A stretch of 64,000 bases of DNA, from the NCBI GenBank assembly GCA_038496445.1, contig JALMLS010000424.1, positions 65,851 to 129,850 on the forward strand, given 5' to 3'. The notes under the pieces are model-generated. The model ran no database searches. It saw nothing but the letters and a program-made list of their open reading frames with translations, and was not told where the DNA came from. The translations under genes and the position numbers were made by a program. Positions within the stretch are counted from its first letter, which is position 1, and every line of letters starts with the position of its first letter. Below are positions 39,001-53,125 of this stretch, piece by piece. The DNA is from Trichosphaerium sp. ATCC 40318 (taxonomy: Eukaryota; Protista; Tubulinea).

Positions 39001-40962
39001 CCTGTTTAGGAATCTATCCAACAACTCGTTACAGCACTTTCTCTTTGCCATCCGCATTATATTAGATGTATTAAACCAAATGATAAGAAACAGGGTAGTT
39101 TGTTTAACTCAACACGTACTATGCATCAAGTACGTCCTAGAATTCACGGTTTCTTTGTTTTTATTATTAACTTACAAAAAGGTGAAATACCTTGGTCTGT
39201 ATGAAAACGTGCGTGTACGTCGTGCTGGATATGCTTTTAGGCAATTCTATGATAAGTTCTATTATCGGTACGCCATTAATGATATGATCTGCTTTTGTTG
39301 TTAATAAATACTCCTAGTTACGCTATTTGTTGTGATGAGACTTGGCCTGTTGACAAATATGTTGGCAAATTTAAAGCTGTTAGTGACCACATAGTGTAAG
39401 ATTTTGTTTAATCGAGTTTTAGGGCACTGAAATCATTGTCAAGTCTCTTGGACTGCCAACTGATAGCAAAAAAGCTCCTTATTCTATTGGATCCACAAAG
39501 ATTTTTATTCGCGCACCTGAGACTGTATGTTTATTCACAACCTCGTTGTAATACAGGAAGAAAAAACTCAAATATTTTAGGTCTTCTCCTTAGAGGAACT
39601 CCGTGAGAGACGTACATTTAAGTACGCCAATGCCATTCAGCAATTCTTTATGAAGTCTATGATGGCTCGCTACCACTACAACTTGCAAATGGGTGCCAAC
39701 AACAAACTTAAGGTAAGCGGCTTAACAAAAGGTGAAAAAGAGGGAAGTATGTTAATGTTTCTCCATAGGGAAATAAGGACAGGCGTCGTAACAGTCTTGA
39801 GCGTAACTTCCTTGGAGATTACATCAACTACAGGGATAACTTCAGGCTCAAGAGTGTCGTTGGTAAACAAGCGAAAGTGATCTTTGCTGATGTTATCTGG
39901 AAATATGATCGCAAAGGAAAGAAGTTGAGACGTGTTCTTATCTTGACAGAAGACTATGTTCACCTTATTGGTATTAACAAGAACAAAGTAAAGAACAAGC
40001 AAGAGAGAAGAAAGAAACCATGGCTCGTTGAACTCACAAGAAAGCTCCAATACGATAAAATCGGCTGTGCGTTTTTCTTTCACGTTTTGTTTTCTTTTCT
40101 TGTCTCACTTTTGTTGTAGCTGTTACGCTTAGTCAAATGGCCGATGATTTCATGCTTCTCAAAGTTCCTGGAGAGCATGATATGCTATTCCAGAATCGTA
40201 AAAAGACGGAAATTCTCGTACGTGCCAAAATTCAAGAAATATCCTTCAAACAAACTATTAATAATAACTAACGTAGGCCCAAATCCTTCGCGTCAAACCA
40301 GGCATGTCTGTTCAGTTCAGCAATAAGTATGTCCCTCGCCTACATGATTTTTGGTCTAACAAACTACTAGGATCAACATGAACGTCAAGCAGAAGAAGAA
40401 GCTCAAACAAGTCAACTTTCAATTCGCAAGCAACCCAAGGTTCGTTTTGGAATAAATTCATTACAATCGCACGTGATTTTTCTTTTCCTAACCACGTGCT
40501 TTCGAAAATAGTGCTCCAGAAGGTGGATTCTTTAAGAAAAAGAAGATTCAAGTACCAGCTGGTATCGGTAACACTGCAGGCACGTGATATTTCTAAATAA
40601 GGCGATTGTGTTATTAATAGAACTTTTTTTTAGTGCCTAATATTCCTGAGCCTCCTGAGCCAAAAGTACAACGTACAGTCGCTAAAATAACTACTTCAGG
40701 AGCAGCACCACCAGCTACAGGTACGTTGAAGGAAAAAGTTTGGAAGAAAAACACAGTTTTCTTTACGTCGACGTAAGTGACTTTTTTGTAACTTTTTTCA
40801 GGTCGTCCTAGTCCTGGCGGTCCTGGACCAAGAGGTGGCCCACCAAAGAGTGCAATGCCAATGCCAGGTAAGAGAGCAATGCCAAAATTCGGAGGTCCAA
40901 AAAAATTCGCGATGCCTAAGTTCGGTGGTCCTAAGAAGTTCCCAAGACCTCCAGGTCATTAA
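36010..40962 (+). CDS. MYO1: Class I myosin heavy chain (motor, IQ, TH1, Gly/Pro tail; no SH3 seen)
   Basis: [24 protein letters not shown]-loop [67 protein letters not shown] and [10 protein letters not shown]; TH1 [14 protein letters not shown]. The first coding exon is ATG only (36010-36012). Confidence 0.95.
37181..37248 (+). other. U12-type (minor spliceosome) intron with GT-AT termini in myosin I
   Basis: 5' GTATCCTT and branch-like TTTCATTAAC 8 nt before the 3' end. Only an end at ...CCACAT restores the conserved N-Y-LLEKSR frame. Confidence 0.8.
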
Positions 40963-42280
40963 AAAATATATGCGTTATTATTATTTCTGTTCATTTTAGA
41001 AAGATCAAATCTATTACGTGGCTTGTAGTGTAGACGAAAAAAAAAAAAAAAGAAAATAAAAAAAACTTCTCCACAATTTTGTTTGTTGATGATTACGATC
41101 GGTTTGAGATTCTTTTCGGAAAGACTGTTTCTTTTCCAATACTTACGAATATGAGATTGATACGAAAGTTTGTACTTACGCAGCTCAAAGTGCTTACACT
41201 CCTTCAACACCGACCAATTAGGTACGCGCGGGTCTCGTAGAGCTACTGCCTATAGCGTTAACGTCTATGCTGTACAGAGCAGTTCTTTGTTCAAGAGTCA
41301 ACCTGTCTCAGAAAGACGAATAAAACACGTGGATTCTAATCGCACTTTACGCTCACACGCTAATACATAAAGCCTGATTTGAAAACGCCAACGATCATAG
41401 GTAAGCGATATTACTCTGCAAATGTTAGACTTGGTAAACTTGTTTTAAAAAACAAACAACAATGTACTTACACCATGCAACTCCATTTCTAGAATTCACA
41501 TCATTGGTTTGCTCTTCATAAAACTCCAAATACACAAACCCAAGCTTTGAGAGAACATACATGTGCTACCCAAAGTCGTTCAGCCTCGAGTGGTACTACA
41601 CAACCTAAACAAGACTTACATATTTTTTGTTGTTGAAATGTTTATTTCGCTATTATAACACTTTCCTTTAGTTTCTAAAGGGAAAATGCGTAAGTGCAGC
41701 AACTCAATGAGGTTTTAGATTGTGTATGAACAGCAACTTCAAGCTAACTTGGCCAGCAGTACCTCAAGTTTGTTGCTATGTACTGAATATAACCCTACAC
41801 TCCGTTTCAGTTTAGAAAAGCAAACTGCGATAGTACGCCACACAAGAGTGACATAAGCCTAAAAGCAGTAGTAAAAAAAAAACATGGATAGGTGGCACGT
41901 GAAATAGCCGGCAGATTTCTCAACATTGGATTCTACATGTCGCAATATGTGAAATGTCAAAATAGAACACAGCGAAAATATACGAACCCGTTAGTCGGAT
42001 TTACCTCTGATTATCCGAATCCTATATTGTAGATATTGTTTAATAACTTTGCATACCCAGATACTAGTATCGGGTATTAGTAAAATTAAAAGAACAGTTT
42101 GCAAGTTTTGTAGTTTTTAAATGTTGTCTTCTACAAAATGGTTGGATTAACGGTTGTCAACACATCTATACACTATTTAAGAGAAGGACAACTATATACG
42201 TAGTTATCAGTACACAAGTATTCACTAAACTTCGGTTTCACGTGAATAGAAGTGGTTCTTTAAAAACCCAAACGCTAACT

Positions 42281-43136
42281 ATGCATTCACACCTCATAGT
42301 AATCTGTGCTCTTTTTGTTATCGTACGTTCTGAATGACCAAATGATACGTATGTAAACGATGGTTAAAAATAGACCATAGGTATCATCAAGTCCTTGCTG
42401 TAACTATGATCCTGTTACAGATAGTTGTAGTGACGTCACGTGCACATCACTCGGTGGTGGGCTTCCTACGACATGTAAATTGATGGATAAAAGATTGCCA
42501 AGTGCGTGATTGTTTCTTTTAGTAGTAAAAACACACTGACGTATGTTCAATAGCTGGAGCCACCGAAAGGCGTTGCGCTTGTGTTGTAACTGATTCTACA
42601 ATAGTTGGTTTTACATGTCGACATTCACCTACAGGGTGTGTTGATGCGCCTTGTCAAGCAGAAATGCACAGTTTGGGTTTCTTTGATGGTCAGTGTTGGG
42701 ATACTGCTGGAGGTTGTCAATGCATTATTTGTGACGATCGACCTTGCTGTGAGCTTCTACCAACTGGTTTTTGCCATGATAACTCTTGCGCCAGCAGAGG
42801 TTCTATTACAGGCAAATCAACAACTTGTATACGTGTCAACACAGGAACGACAACAGGTACGAGAATGCCATCAAAACCTTGATCTCTGTTCTTCTTTGCT
42901 GTTAATACCCCTCTGTAGACCCAACCCCCACTTGTATTTGCGTACCACTAGAGTCTCCTCTTAGGGAGCATACTTGTCTACCCACCCATGTAGATATGGA
43001 ACCAGCGTGTACAGATTCTAGATGCTCTTTACGATTGACTTCCCTTGGGTTCCCTGACCCACATGGTTGTACTCAGACAATTGTCAATACACCACATGGC
43101 ATAGACACTAAGTGCCTTTGCTCTGTTTGTCACTAG
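42281..43136 (+). CDS. Small secreted cysteine-rich protein, multi-exon
   Basis: Signal MHSHLIVICALFVI; dense Cys spacing (CACV, CVDAPC, CQCIIC, PCCEL, CLCSVCH); TAG ends at 43136. Confidence 0.7.
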
Positions 43137-43310
43137 TCAATAAAATCATTTGTAGCCCGAGAAATGTTGTGGTTTATTGTTAACCCCCATGTACCATTTA
43201 GTGTTAGTATCAGGTGGTCAAATGTGCGCGGGAAGTGTTGAGATTTAAAAATTTATTACAACAACAAGCCATCCACGCTTAAAGGATTATGGGGTTTTTT
43301 TTTATTGGTT

Positions 43311-46300
43311 TTACAGTATTGTGTATTGATTGTACAGTAGCTCACGTATTTTAAAGAAATCTTCATTTAGTGTACCCTCCATTTCAATCGAAACGCTTCC
43401 TTCTCCTGTTTTTCTCTTCAGTGTTACGTTATTGTTACAAGACAGAACACCACCAGCTTGGAAACGAGTCTAGAAAAAGAGAATTAATCAAAAAAGTCAC
43501 ATGGAAAAATTATTTTGTTTGCTGAACGAACCTTAATGTTCTGTGACTGCAATGTCTCTCGGAAATTAGCGAATTTGATGTCACCAACAAATATAGCTCT
43601 ATGACTATCAGCTTCATTTGCAATTGGTACGTTCTCAAGCATGTAAGTGTCATCTAAGGTAACGTTAATGATACACTAAAAAAACGGAGAACTGAACATC
43701 CAAGATTTTACTAAAACCACAGTGCGTGCCTTGGTGTTGAATGATGCCATCAAAATAACCAACTTCACAGTTACCAATCTTTTTAAATGCAATATTCTTA
43801 AGCAGAGAATCTTTCAAATGAACCTAGGCTCAACCGTCAATAAGGTGTCAAAAGAAAACAAAGATCTTCTCCGTTTTCAAAAAAAATTGAAGACAAGTTT
43901 AGTACAACACTCTACAGAATAGAACACACTCGTAAAAATGAATGATGTCTTTTTGACGTACCTTGAATATATTTGTCTCTGAAGCAACATCGATATGCTC
44001 ACCAAGTTTTGGTGCAAGTACTTTCTGGCAACTAGGAAGATTTTTTCCACAGTAATCCTTCAAATCTTGAATACCTTTTTCATTACCATGAACAATAATC
44101 TACTCCACCATTAGTCTCACTATTCATATTTCATTGACAGCGAAACGACGTACCAGTTTTCTAGGCTCAACATGCTGTAAAATTTTGCGTATTGAAGCAC
44201 CATAAGAACGACCTTCAAAGTTTATCATGTTTACTGTTGCGTTCACTTTAACGGTTACATTTGTATGTAACGGCTTTGTTGGCATCTCTTCTTCTTCATC
44301 TACATCCATTGCATCATCTTTTACAACAGGTACCATAGGTAATCGTTCTTCAGTAACCATATAATCCTCAGGTCTAAGAAAAGGTAAGCATCGAAAAAAT
44401 AAAGCAATAATTTTTTTCCACATGTGGAAATTTTGAAGTCTTGTTGTACCTAATGATTTCTCCGTAATCATCATATAGTGCTCTTCTTTCTATAGAAGGA
44501 AACATAGGGTATGGAATACCCTTACTAGGGTCAGGTTTTACCTTGTTCGATAGTATATCGAAATAAAGATCATAACTCTTCCAAAGATTGTAAAGCGATG
44601 TTGTGCTCGCAATATCCTCACCTAAAAGAACGTCAATTTAGAACAAATAATATGATACTCTTTAATTCTATGTCAAAGGGTGGACGCTTGGAAAATTATA
44701 TGGTGCAGTTTGTTGGTACCTTCATAATCGTAAAGTTTCAATACTTCTTTTGCTTTACGAATTTTCTCTTCTTCAAGACGCCTTCTCTCCATTTCTTGCT
44801 TCTGCTCCTCTCGTCTCTCTTCTTGATATGCATATAATTCATCTCCTTCCAGTGGAATTCTCCTCCATACCTTCAAAAATGATGAGTATCAAAAACAAGA
44901 GAAGAAAGCGAAGTACTGTTCTTGTTTAAACAAAAGAAGCACTACCGTTTTGGTTGTTGGTCTGTGCAAAAGTTTATCATATAAATATTAGACGTACACC
45001 TATAGAAATTTCCTTTGGCCTCTCATGTAGTAATTTATGTGCAAGCGTGTTGGGTTTTGGTGGTTGTGTGAATAATATTAAATTTCTGTTATTTTCAGCG
45101 AAATTTAAAAAGATATCTCTGGCAAAGCCGACGTTTAGATTATCCATGCTCGCCAAGACAACATGTGGTCCTTGTATTTTTTTGTAATCTTCCATTGTAT
45201 GACAACATTCAATATGCCTACAAAACAGAAAAAACAGCGTAAACACAAAGCGAACAAAGAGTTATTTCAAAAAAAAACTACGTACTTGAACTCGAAAGGA
45301 TTTTGTCGCGTGTTATCGTAGTTCGTCATAATATTCCTACTGGTCCACTCTAACATACTACTAACAAACTCCACAACTGAATAAGATACATTATTTAAAA
45401 ATACAATCTTGTACAAAGACAATCTACCGAAAAAGAAGTAAGCACAACACCATACAGAAGGAATCAATGCTACTTACTTGTGTATTTTCCAGCTTACATC
45501 TAACAATGGTAATATTTCTAAAACGCGCCCAGCAGTATCAATAGGTATGAGAACGTTTCCATCATTCCTTAATGTACCCTGTAACATTTCTAGGCGAGTT
45601 AGATTTGTTTTGTGTTGTAATTCTTGTACTTACTAATAAATTGTTCATCTCTCGATATCCTCCTTGGTAAAGGTTTTGCATTTGCATTTGTAGCACCTGT
45701 TATTAACAGAGAAGGTCTGTGTAGTGTTTCGAGCACTGTTGGATTTAAGTGAATTTCTTTGTGATGGTTGTAATCAACAGCATAAATAATATCTTCTGTT
45801 TCTTTCTGAATACGCCATACTGTACCACCTAGTATTTTTTTATTTTAGTACTTGTAGATACAGTATACAATTGTGGATAATACAGTATTTTGTAAAAAAA
45901 GCGAAAATTAAAAGTGACACATGACACTGTCATTTTGGAAAATGTCATGTGACACTTCCATTTGGTTTTTTTGAATAATAGCGTTTTGGAACTCTTTGAC
46001 AGTTGTTTTGGCGTTAACCGCTTGTGTAATATTTAAATAACGCGGTTTTACTATTGATTAAGGGTCCACGCGAAACGAGAGTGAAAGAAGGCAAAAAAAG
46101 GATAAAATAAAAAATGATAATAAAGAAAAAAAAGAAATTGAGCCGGATGAAGAAATGAGGCGTTTATTCAATTGTGGCACCACAATTCTGTATATACATC
46201 TAATATTCTTCAATAATGTACCTATGAGATGCCCTGCTGGGTACGGAGTAATAGAAATACCAACACCTTTACCTAAAGATGAAATAAACACAAAAAGCGA

Positions 46301-46878
46301 AAAACTCATTTCAAGGAATATTGAAAAAATCGCAATTACCTTCCAACGCTTTCTTTTGAGAATACTTTAGTTGTTCGAAGTTATCAAATGCGTCGTCAAT
46401 ATGATCACGTGTGAAGCCGTTAAAGTCCTAAAACAAGCGTGGGTGAAAAAAGTTTTATTGATGATTTTTCTGGTTGGGGTTGTTGTTTTAAATTAGCGCG
46501 AGCGCGTACCTCATTATTAAGGCGAGAATGATAAGCGTCATACAAAAACATTTGGCCCATCTTGAAAATAGGGATAGTACCATATATTGGTGCTGTGATT
46601 CCCTTTCTACCGTATAGAGCAGGTAATGCGCCTAAATGCGCCAAGTCAGGGTGTGAGATTAGAACGCAATCAACAAGCTCTGCAATGCTATTGTAAGAGG
46701 TAATTAGTATAATAGGAGAGTAATAAGCGTACTTGAGCAAATGTTCAATATCTTCAACGTTAAAATTGTAGTCCCAGCCGCAATCCAATAGTATTCGGTA
46801 ATTATCTATTTCCAAGAGATAGCTCAGTGGTCCTTCATCCTGAGCTCCAAGGATTGGAGAGAACTTTATCTGGGACAT
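43311..46878 (-). CDS. CPSF2: Cleavage and polyadenylation specificity factor subunit 2 (CPSF100)
   Basis: [111 protein letters not shown] and [19 protein letters not shown]. Confidence 0.95.
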
Positions 46879-47007
46879 TGCGCCAGAGTGTAGCTAGCAC
46901 ACCAAACAAGCTTCTACCCAAAACAAATTGATCAGAACGCCACAAAAGTCAAATCTTGTCAAAAGTCAAATAATTTACAATTTGTAGTTTCGGTTTTCGT
47001 GGCACCA

Positions 47008-47964
47008 ATGAATTTGCAAAGCGTTCCTATCGACGTATTGTGTTGTATACTAGAATGTGCTTCATCTTGGCGCCTGTTGAATACTTTGGCTGTAACTTCT
47101 CGCTATTTCAACAGCGTAATACTCGACGAGCACCTAGACACGACACTATGGAAAAATACCTGCGTTGACATTATTGGGCCTTCTGACATAAAGCCAAAGT
47201 CGTATAGGAGAGCTCTATGGAGAGGTGTTGCTGTAGATCGGTTATCATTCATATTTCTTTGGACTAAAACAAAGTGTGACATGGTTAACGGACGAGGAAA
47301 AATAGAGCGCGTCGATCATGAATTACATGTCATACACGTGCGTCTTCATTTTCTTTGTTAACATTTTACATTACATCGAAAAAAAAGGCCAAAACTCCAC
47401 TCTGGATTTTGTTTTATCCCTCCTCTTAGCGCTCAAAAAGCTAGAGTTAGCAGGTGCATTGCATAGTATGCATACCACGTTACATGTTGCGAACTCAGAG
47501 TAAAAACTGAAAGGGAAAACCTTATCAAACTTGAATTGATACTTGCAACCACTCTTGTCTTGTGTTTGTGCTGACGCTGGTTGAAACCAATTGTTACACC
47601 TATTTGTTAGGGTAATGAACTACTCACAATTTTACTTTAGTTATACAGGTCCAATGCGACGTTCGGTGATCTAGAACAAGCTGCAAGAGGAGTATTTAAA
47701 AAAGTAGAGCTACAGCCAATGTGGTCATACAAACGCTATCAGTCGCTACACAAAGCTGGAGCTCAACCAGGCGATATATTCTTTGTAGATGTGTCCACTC
47801 ATGGTTCCTACAAACTCAGTGGCTATTCAATTCGCAGCAATCTTGCAGCAACGAAGTATGGTTGGCTAAAGACTCCAGAACTTGTAGTATTCACTATGTT
47901 GCACAAAGATAGGCTATTTCACTTGTCCTTATTGGGAAGAGCGCAATATGATGCTACAGTATAA
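47008..47964 (+). CDS. F-box-like protein; 3' end uncertain
   Basis: MNLQSVPIDVLCCILEC....LLNTLAVTSRYFNSVI...LWKNTC fits the F-box pattern; continues into exon ORF 47719-47964. Confidence 0.6.
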
Positions 47965-48464
47965 ACCCTCCTCGATTGGGAAAGTGGGAGAGACACGAGA
48001 ATATACAAACACAATGTAAACTTCACTCAAAGTAACGTACTGGCGTTTTAAGACTGATTTGCACTTTTTTTTTTTTGTTTTTTATTTTAATCAGCAAGTC
48101 AGTCTAGCGTATGTTGTTGGCATAAAACAAAGTTGACGCCATATACACCTATTTTGGCATAGAAATATGAATAATAAAGGCACCCTTTGTTTGTGTACCT
48201 CAGGTTAACATTTTTGCAATTGTATAGTACCCCAAATGCGTCATGACGAAATCAGTTACATTTGTACGAGAAACGTGGAAGAAGAATCCGTAAAATCGTT
48301 TGTTCGAGAATTACTAATATACAATTTCTTTCAAACGTGTGAACACAACACCCGCGTTATACATTTATCACAGGCACTTGTACGTATTATCAACGGCGAG
48401 TATAATTAGCAACTAAAAAGTAAACCCTGTAGTAAAAGCTGTACAACACGAATTATCTCACACT

Positions 48465-49010
48465 ATGGCTGTTTTACTATCTTCACAACCACTATGGCGC
48501 GTTTTCTCCAGCCCATCAGACGATTTTGAGGACGGATCGTACTTGTACTCGCCCAAAGCTTGTCACACCCTCGGCAGACGAAAACTACTAGCCGTGCTCG
48601 GCTACACACAAGAGACCGAGCTCAAGGAAGCCATAGAAACACAAATAGAGGAAGAAGTAAGTTGTCGCTTTTGTTTATTATTACTGCTGTTTTCTAACTC
48701 TGTTTCGCCTAGTTTTTACATTGTGGCCCTTATAACCAGTGTGTTGGCCGCCCGAAGGTACGAAATTTTTTTAAATTGTTTTACATGTAGTGGAATGTTG
48801 TCTAAATTTTCTCACCAGATTGTTGTTCATAAACATTCTAAAGCCTGTAAACTACTGGGTTATGACCCAAGCGAAGCAAAACTGCAAGACATTCTTGGCA
48901 TAGATGACATTGAAGAGGTAAATTCGCCCTTTTGTTATTTGTTCGCCTAATAATATCACAGGCCATCAAAGAAGCCCAAAATACAAGTGAAGAGGATGAA
49001 GAGTGGTATT
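48465..49010 (+). CDS. Small acidic hypothetical protein with repeated K(A/L)xx(L/I)LG motifs; 3' end uncertain
   Basis: Four in-frame exons with GT-AG introns; motifs KACHTLG, KLLAVLG, KACKLLG and KLQDILG. Confidence 0.55.
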
Positions 49011-49690
49011 TGTTTTAACTTCTAACCAAAAAAAAAAAAAAAAAAAAAACTAAACTAAACCAATTTTTGTTCGGATTAACTTCTTACAACCGAACTAAAA
49101 ACCAACCCCTGTGAATAAGTAATATGTGTACAATAAAATAAAACCTAAACAAGATTAAAAAGTGACTGAGTTGATCAAATCCCAAACTAACACTAACAGA
49201 CATTTTCGCTTTCTTGCGTTATTTACGCGCTGTTTTAAAATTATGACGGAGAAAAAGAAGAAAACCGCAGGTGGCAGATTTTTTAGTACTTGAAATCTTG
49301 TTCACTGATTTTCGCCACTCTAGTAACAAACTTTTGGCACAGTTGGCACATATATAATAGTACATAAGGATATGTTGTACCAGACTTGGTTCCAATCAAA
49401 AATAGGATAGAGAATCCTTTTACAGGATTAATTTGGTAAAAGATCGAATGAAGGTCTAAATGGTAGTCGTGACGTGTACCAACGCGATTTGTGCAATGAC
49501 CAGAAATTAAAAGAAACGTGCGTTAGTTTATCCGCAATATCAAAAAAGTATTTTGGAGCGCGTGGAACTAACGCTTGCGTTGCGAGTGTGTACCCAAGTG
49601 GGTGGATAAACGTATTCGTGTTAAGACCGAAGTTAAGGCGCCTTTGTCCGCTTTTTATCCGCAAAGTCTTAAAACACTTCTACCTTCGCA

Positions 49691-52609
49691 ATGGGCTTCC
49701 TCACCGACGGAAAGACCCTATCTTGGGAGGAAGCAAAGAAAGTCGCTAAAAAAATACGCAAGCACGGTATAATACAGTTCCTACACATATACGAGAATTT
49801 GAAAACGCGCACAAACGATAAGCTACTATGGGGCGACGAGGTGCGCTGATATGGCTATTAACGAGTCGAACTAACGCTGTGCGAGGTTGAATACGTAATT
49901 GTTACCTTTTCAAAAGAAGGAAAAGGTGTAAAACTATCCCTGCGCGCCAGTGACATTCTAGGTGAACACTTGACGCCTGACGATCCTAAGAGGTACTAAA
50001 TTACCTCACTTCGGACACACAATATTCAAACAAACCGTGTAGTGGAGCATTGTGGCGCCCTGAGTACGGCAAATTTATGGTAGAGGGTACGAATACCATC
50101 CACTAGGCTTCGTTTTATACACATACCCCAATAGTAACAAATTGTACCAGGTACACCTGGAAAGCCTTATGGATGCTCCTACAAGTGTATCATGTGTGTA
50201 GAGGGTAGTATGAAGCAAAGGTATGCGCTCTGGATACTTACCGCCGGTTTCTCCCTTTCAATTTGTTTTTTTTTTTTTTTGAGTTGGTGAATAAAATAGT
50301 GGAAATGGATCTTTGACATATGCCGTAGGCGTAAAATCATACAGAAGTTGCTAAACCCTTCTGAGATGATTTTCTCAATTACTAACTTCCCTATGCTTGG
50401 TGTGGGACAGTTCACCAACCCACCTACACAACCAGGAGGTCCTGTGACAAAGTGCGAACACATTTTACCTCCAAAAGCTCAGTTGTTTTCACCATGATTT
50501 TCCAACAGTCTAAATCTTACTCCTTTCAAGGTCTATGTACACATCAGATAACATAATACACCCTCACGTTCGTTTCAGGTAAAATCTTTAACAATTGTAA
50601 AACATAATTAATTAACACCACGTGGAGTACAAAAAAACCAAATCCATCAACATGGCGAAAAAACTCTTCTCAACTTTGGTTTTAGTCTAAAATTTTATCG
50701 CTGATTCGTTTAGTACCTTAACTGGGAATATTCGCGAAAGACGTGGTAGCAAAGTCGCTATCAATGTGCCATTGTTCAAGGATGTTAATACAAAAGAACT
50801 GACATATCCTGCATCTGAAACTCAAGCACTTAAAGACCATATTTATATGGACTCCATGGCTTTCGGTATGGGACAATGCTGCTTGCAGGTATTGTTGTAC
50901 AACAATCTATACACTTTTGGAAATAACAATCGAAAAAACAGGTTACATTTCAGTGTCGTCACATAAATGAAGCACGTGATTTTTATGACATGTGCAATCC
51001 ACTCGCACCTATTATGGTATGATTTTCTTTTTCCACAAAAAATTGTTGGCTTACCAGTTGTATAGCTCGCTGTAACTGCTGCAACACCAATTTTAAGAGG
51101 TTTCCTTGCTGATACAGATGTAAGGTGGAAAGTAATATCTGATGCTGTAGATGATAGAACACTTGAAGAGCGTGGTTTGAAAGTAAGAAGAAAATAAGAA
51201 TTACTTTTATCAAGAGTGATACTAAATTATCTTTATTACTAGCCATTGAAAGACTCAGATTTTGTTATTCCTAAATCTCGCTATGACTCGATATCGACCT
51301 ATATTGGCACTGGCAAATACTTTAAAGACTCGTATAATGACATCGATCTTGTTATCAACAAAGAAGCGCTTAAACAACTAACGGATGCTGGTATGTTTTT
51401 TTGAAAGCCTCTGTGGTAAAACTTGAACAACCTAAAACTAACTTTGTCTCAAGGTATTGACACACGCCTTGCTCGCCATGTGGCACATCTATTTACTAGA
51501 GATCCACTTGTAATCTACGACAATCGTATAGACATTGACGACGAGCAAAACTCTGATCATTGGGAGGTAAGAACCGTGGGTTTTCCATATCTGAATTTAC
51601 TAAGTTCACTTTCAGAATATTCAATCAACCAACTGGCAAACCGTCCGTTTCAAGCCACCTCCACCAGGTACACCTATTGGATGGCGAGTAGAGTTCAGAC
51701 CAATGGAGGCACAGATGACTGACTTTGAAAACGCTGCGTTCGCTGTATTTACGCTCTTGTGCACTCGGTACGTGATAAAAAAAATTCGAAACACGTGATT
51801 TTTGACGTGGAACACCACTACACGTGTATTTTCGCTGATTGGTGGTCCTGAGCTCACTATTACTCTAGTATTATCTCCACATTCAACTTGAATTTTTACA
51901 TGCCGTTATCGAAGGTCGATGAGAATATGGCTACAGCACATAAACGCTCAGCTGTAGTTAAAAATCAATTCTGGTTCCGCAAAGTAATTATGCGTGAAAA
52001 TCCTGATGGAACTCTAAAGTCTGACGATGAGATGGAAGATGATTCTTGCATTTTGTGGACAGCTAATGAGATCTTAAATGGTTCTAAGGCACGTAGCAAT
52101 CAACGACAAACAAAAAAAAAAGACACGAGTAGATTTCCTTTCTTATCTCTTTATTCCTTCATTATCGCTGATTATGTTACAGGATAAGAAATTCATTGGT
52201 TTAATTCCACTTGTACATAAATACCTAGACAAAATTGGATTCAGCGATCAAGCCCGTGTCCAGGTTAATAAGTATTTGAAACTAATTAGCATGCGTGCAT
52301 CAGGTACATTAATGTGAATTCTTCTTTTTGAAGTTTTTTCAGTTTACCTTCTCTACGCGCTCTAAATAACTTACTAAACCTCTTGCAGGAGAACTTATTA
52401 CCCAAGCTGCCTTTACACGTAAATTTGTTATGAATCACCCAGATTACAAGCGCGATTCAGTTGTAACAGAGTCAATCACCCATGACTTATTACAGGAGTT
52501 TATTGCAATTGAGACTGGCGCAAAAGTCGCACCAGAGTTTTTGGGAGACTTATACAATGCTAACTGGGAATGGAAAGAGAAGATTGACGTGGATGCTAAT
52601 TGTATATGA
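49691..52609 (+). CDS. GCLC: Glutamate-cysteine ligase catalytic subunit (gamma-glutamylcysteine synthetase)
   Basis: [94 protein letters not shown] and [10 protein letters not shown]. Confidence 0.97.
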
Positions 52610-53125
52610 GTGCGAGCCTCCACAAGTGGCGCACATTGAAGCAATTGTTTACTTAATTAATAAAGACTATAAAATGACACTTGTGTTAGTTTTTTTGAGT
52701 TGTTTTCTCCAAGGAACCGCGCTTTGCAGTTTTATTAAACTTCGCTTTAGTATGAATCCCCGGTACGCTTAGTAGTGTATTTAAACAATATAGTGTAGTT
52801 AAACCAGTTTGAGTGAAGGCTATTGTCTACAAAAAATAACTGAATGGTACACAAACTAGAAGCGTATTGGCATAGGCGCTGCGCGTCAAGGAAATGGCTA
52901 CATAGTCTTTTAATCCAAAGCGGGGTTATAGCTTCGAAATTACTACAACACGTTTTCTTTCAAATTCCACGTGGCCTGTAAAACCCCACACGCGTACCAA
53001 CTCCGCTTTTTTTTTGTTTTCAGCACACGTGTACATTAAATAGTTAAGTATTTCAAAAACTGTGCAGCTACTACAGTCCGCTTTAAGTGCAGTCTTTAGT
53101 TATCAATCCAACACGCCACAAACAA

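Noticed and set aside
41100-42200. Possible gene between myosin and the Cys-rich protein
   Set aside because: Splice-like signals exist on the minus strand but trial assemblies hit stops; left unannotated.
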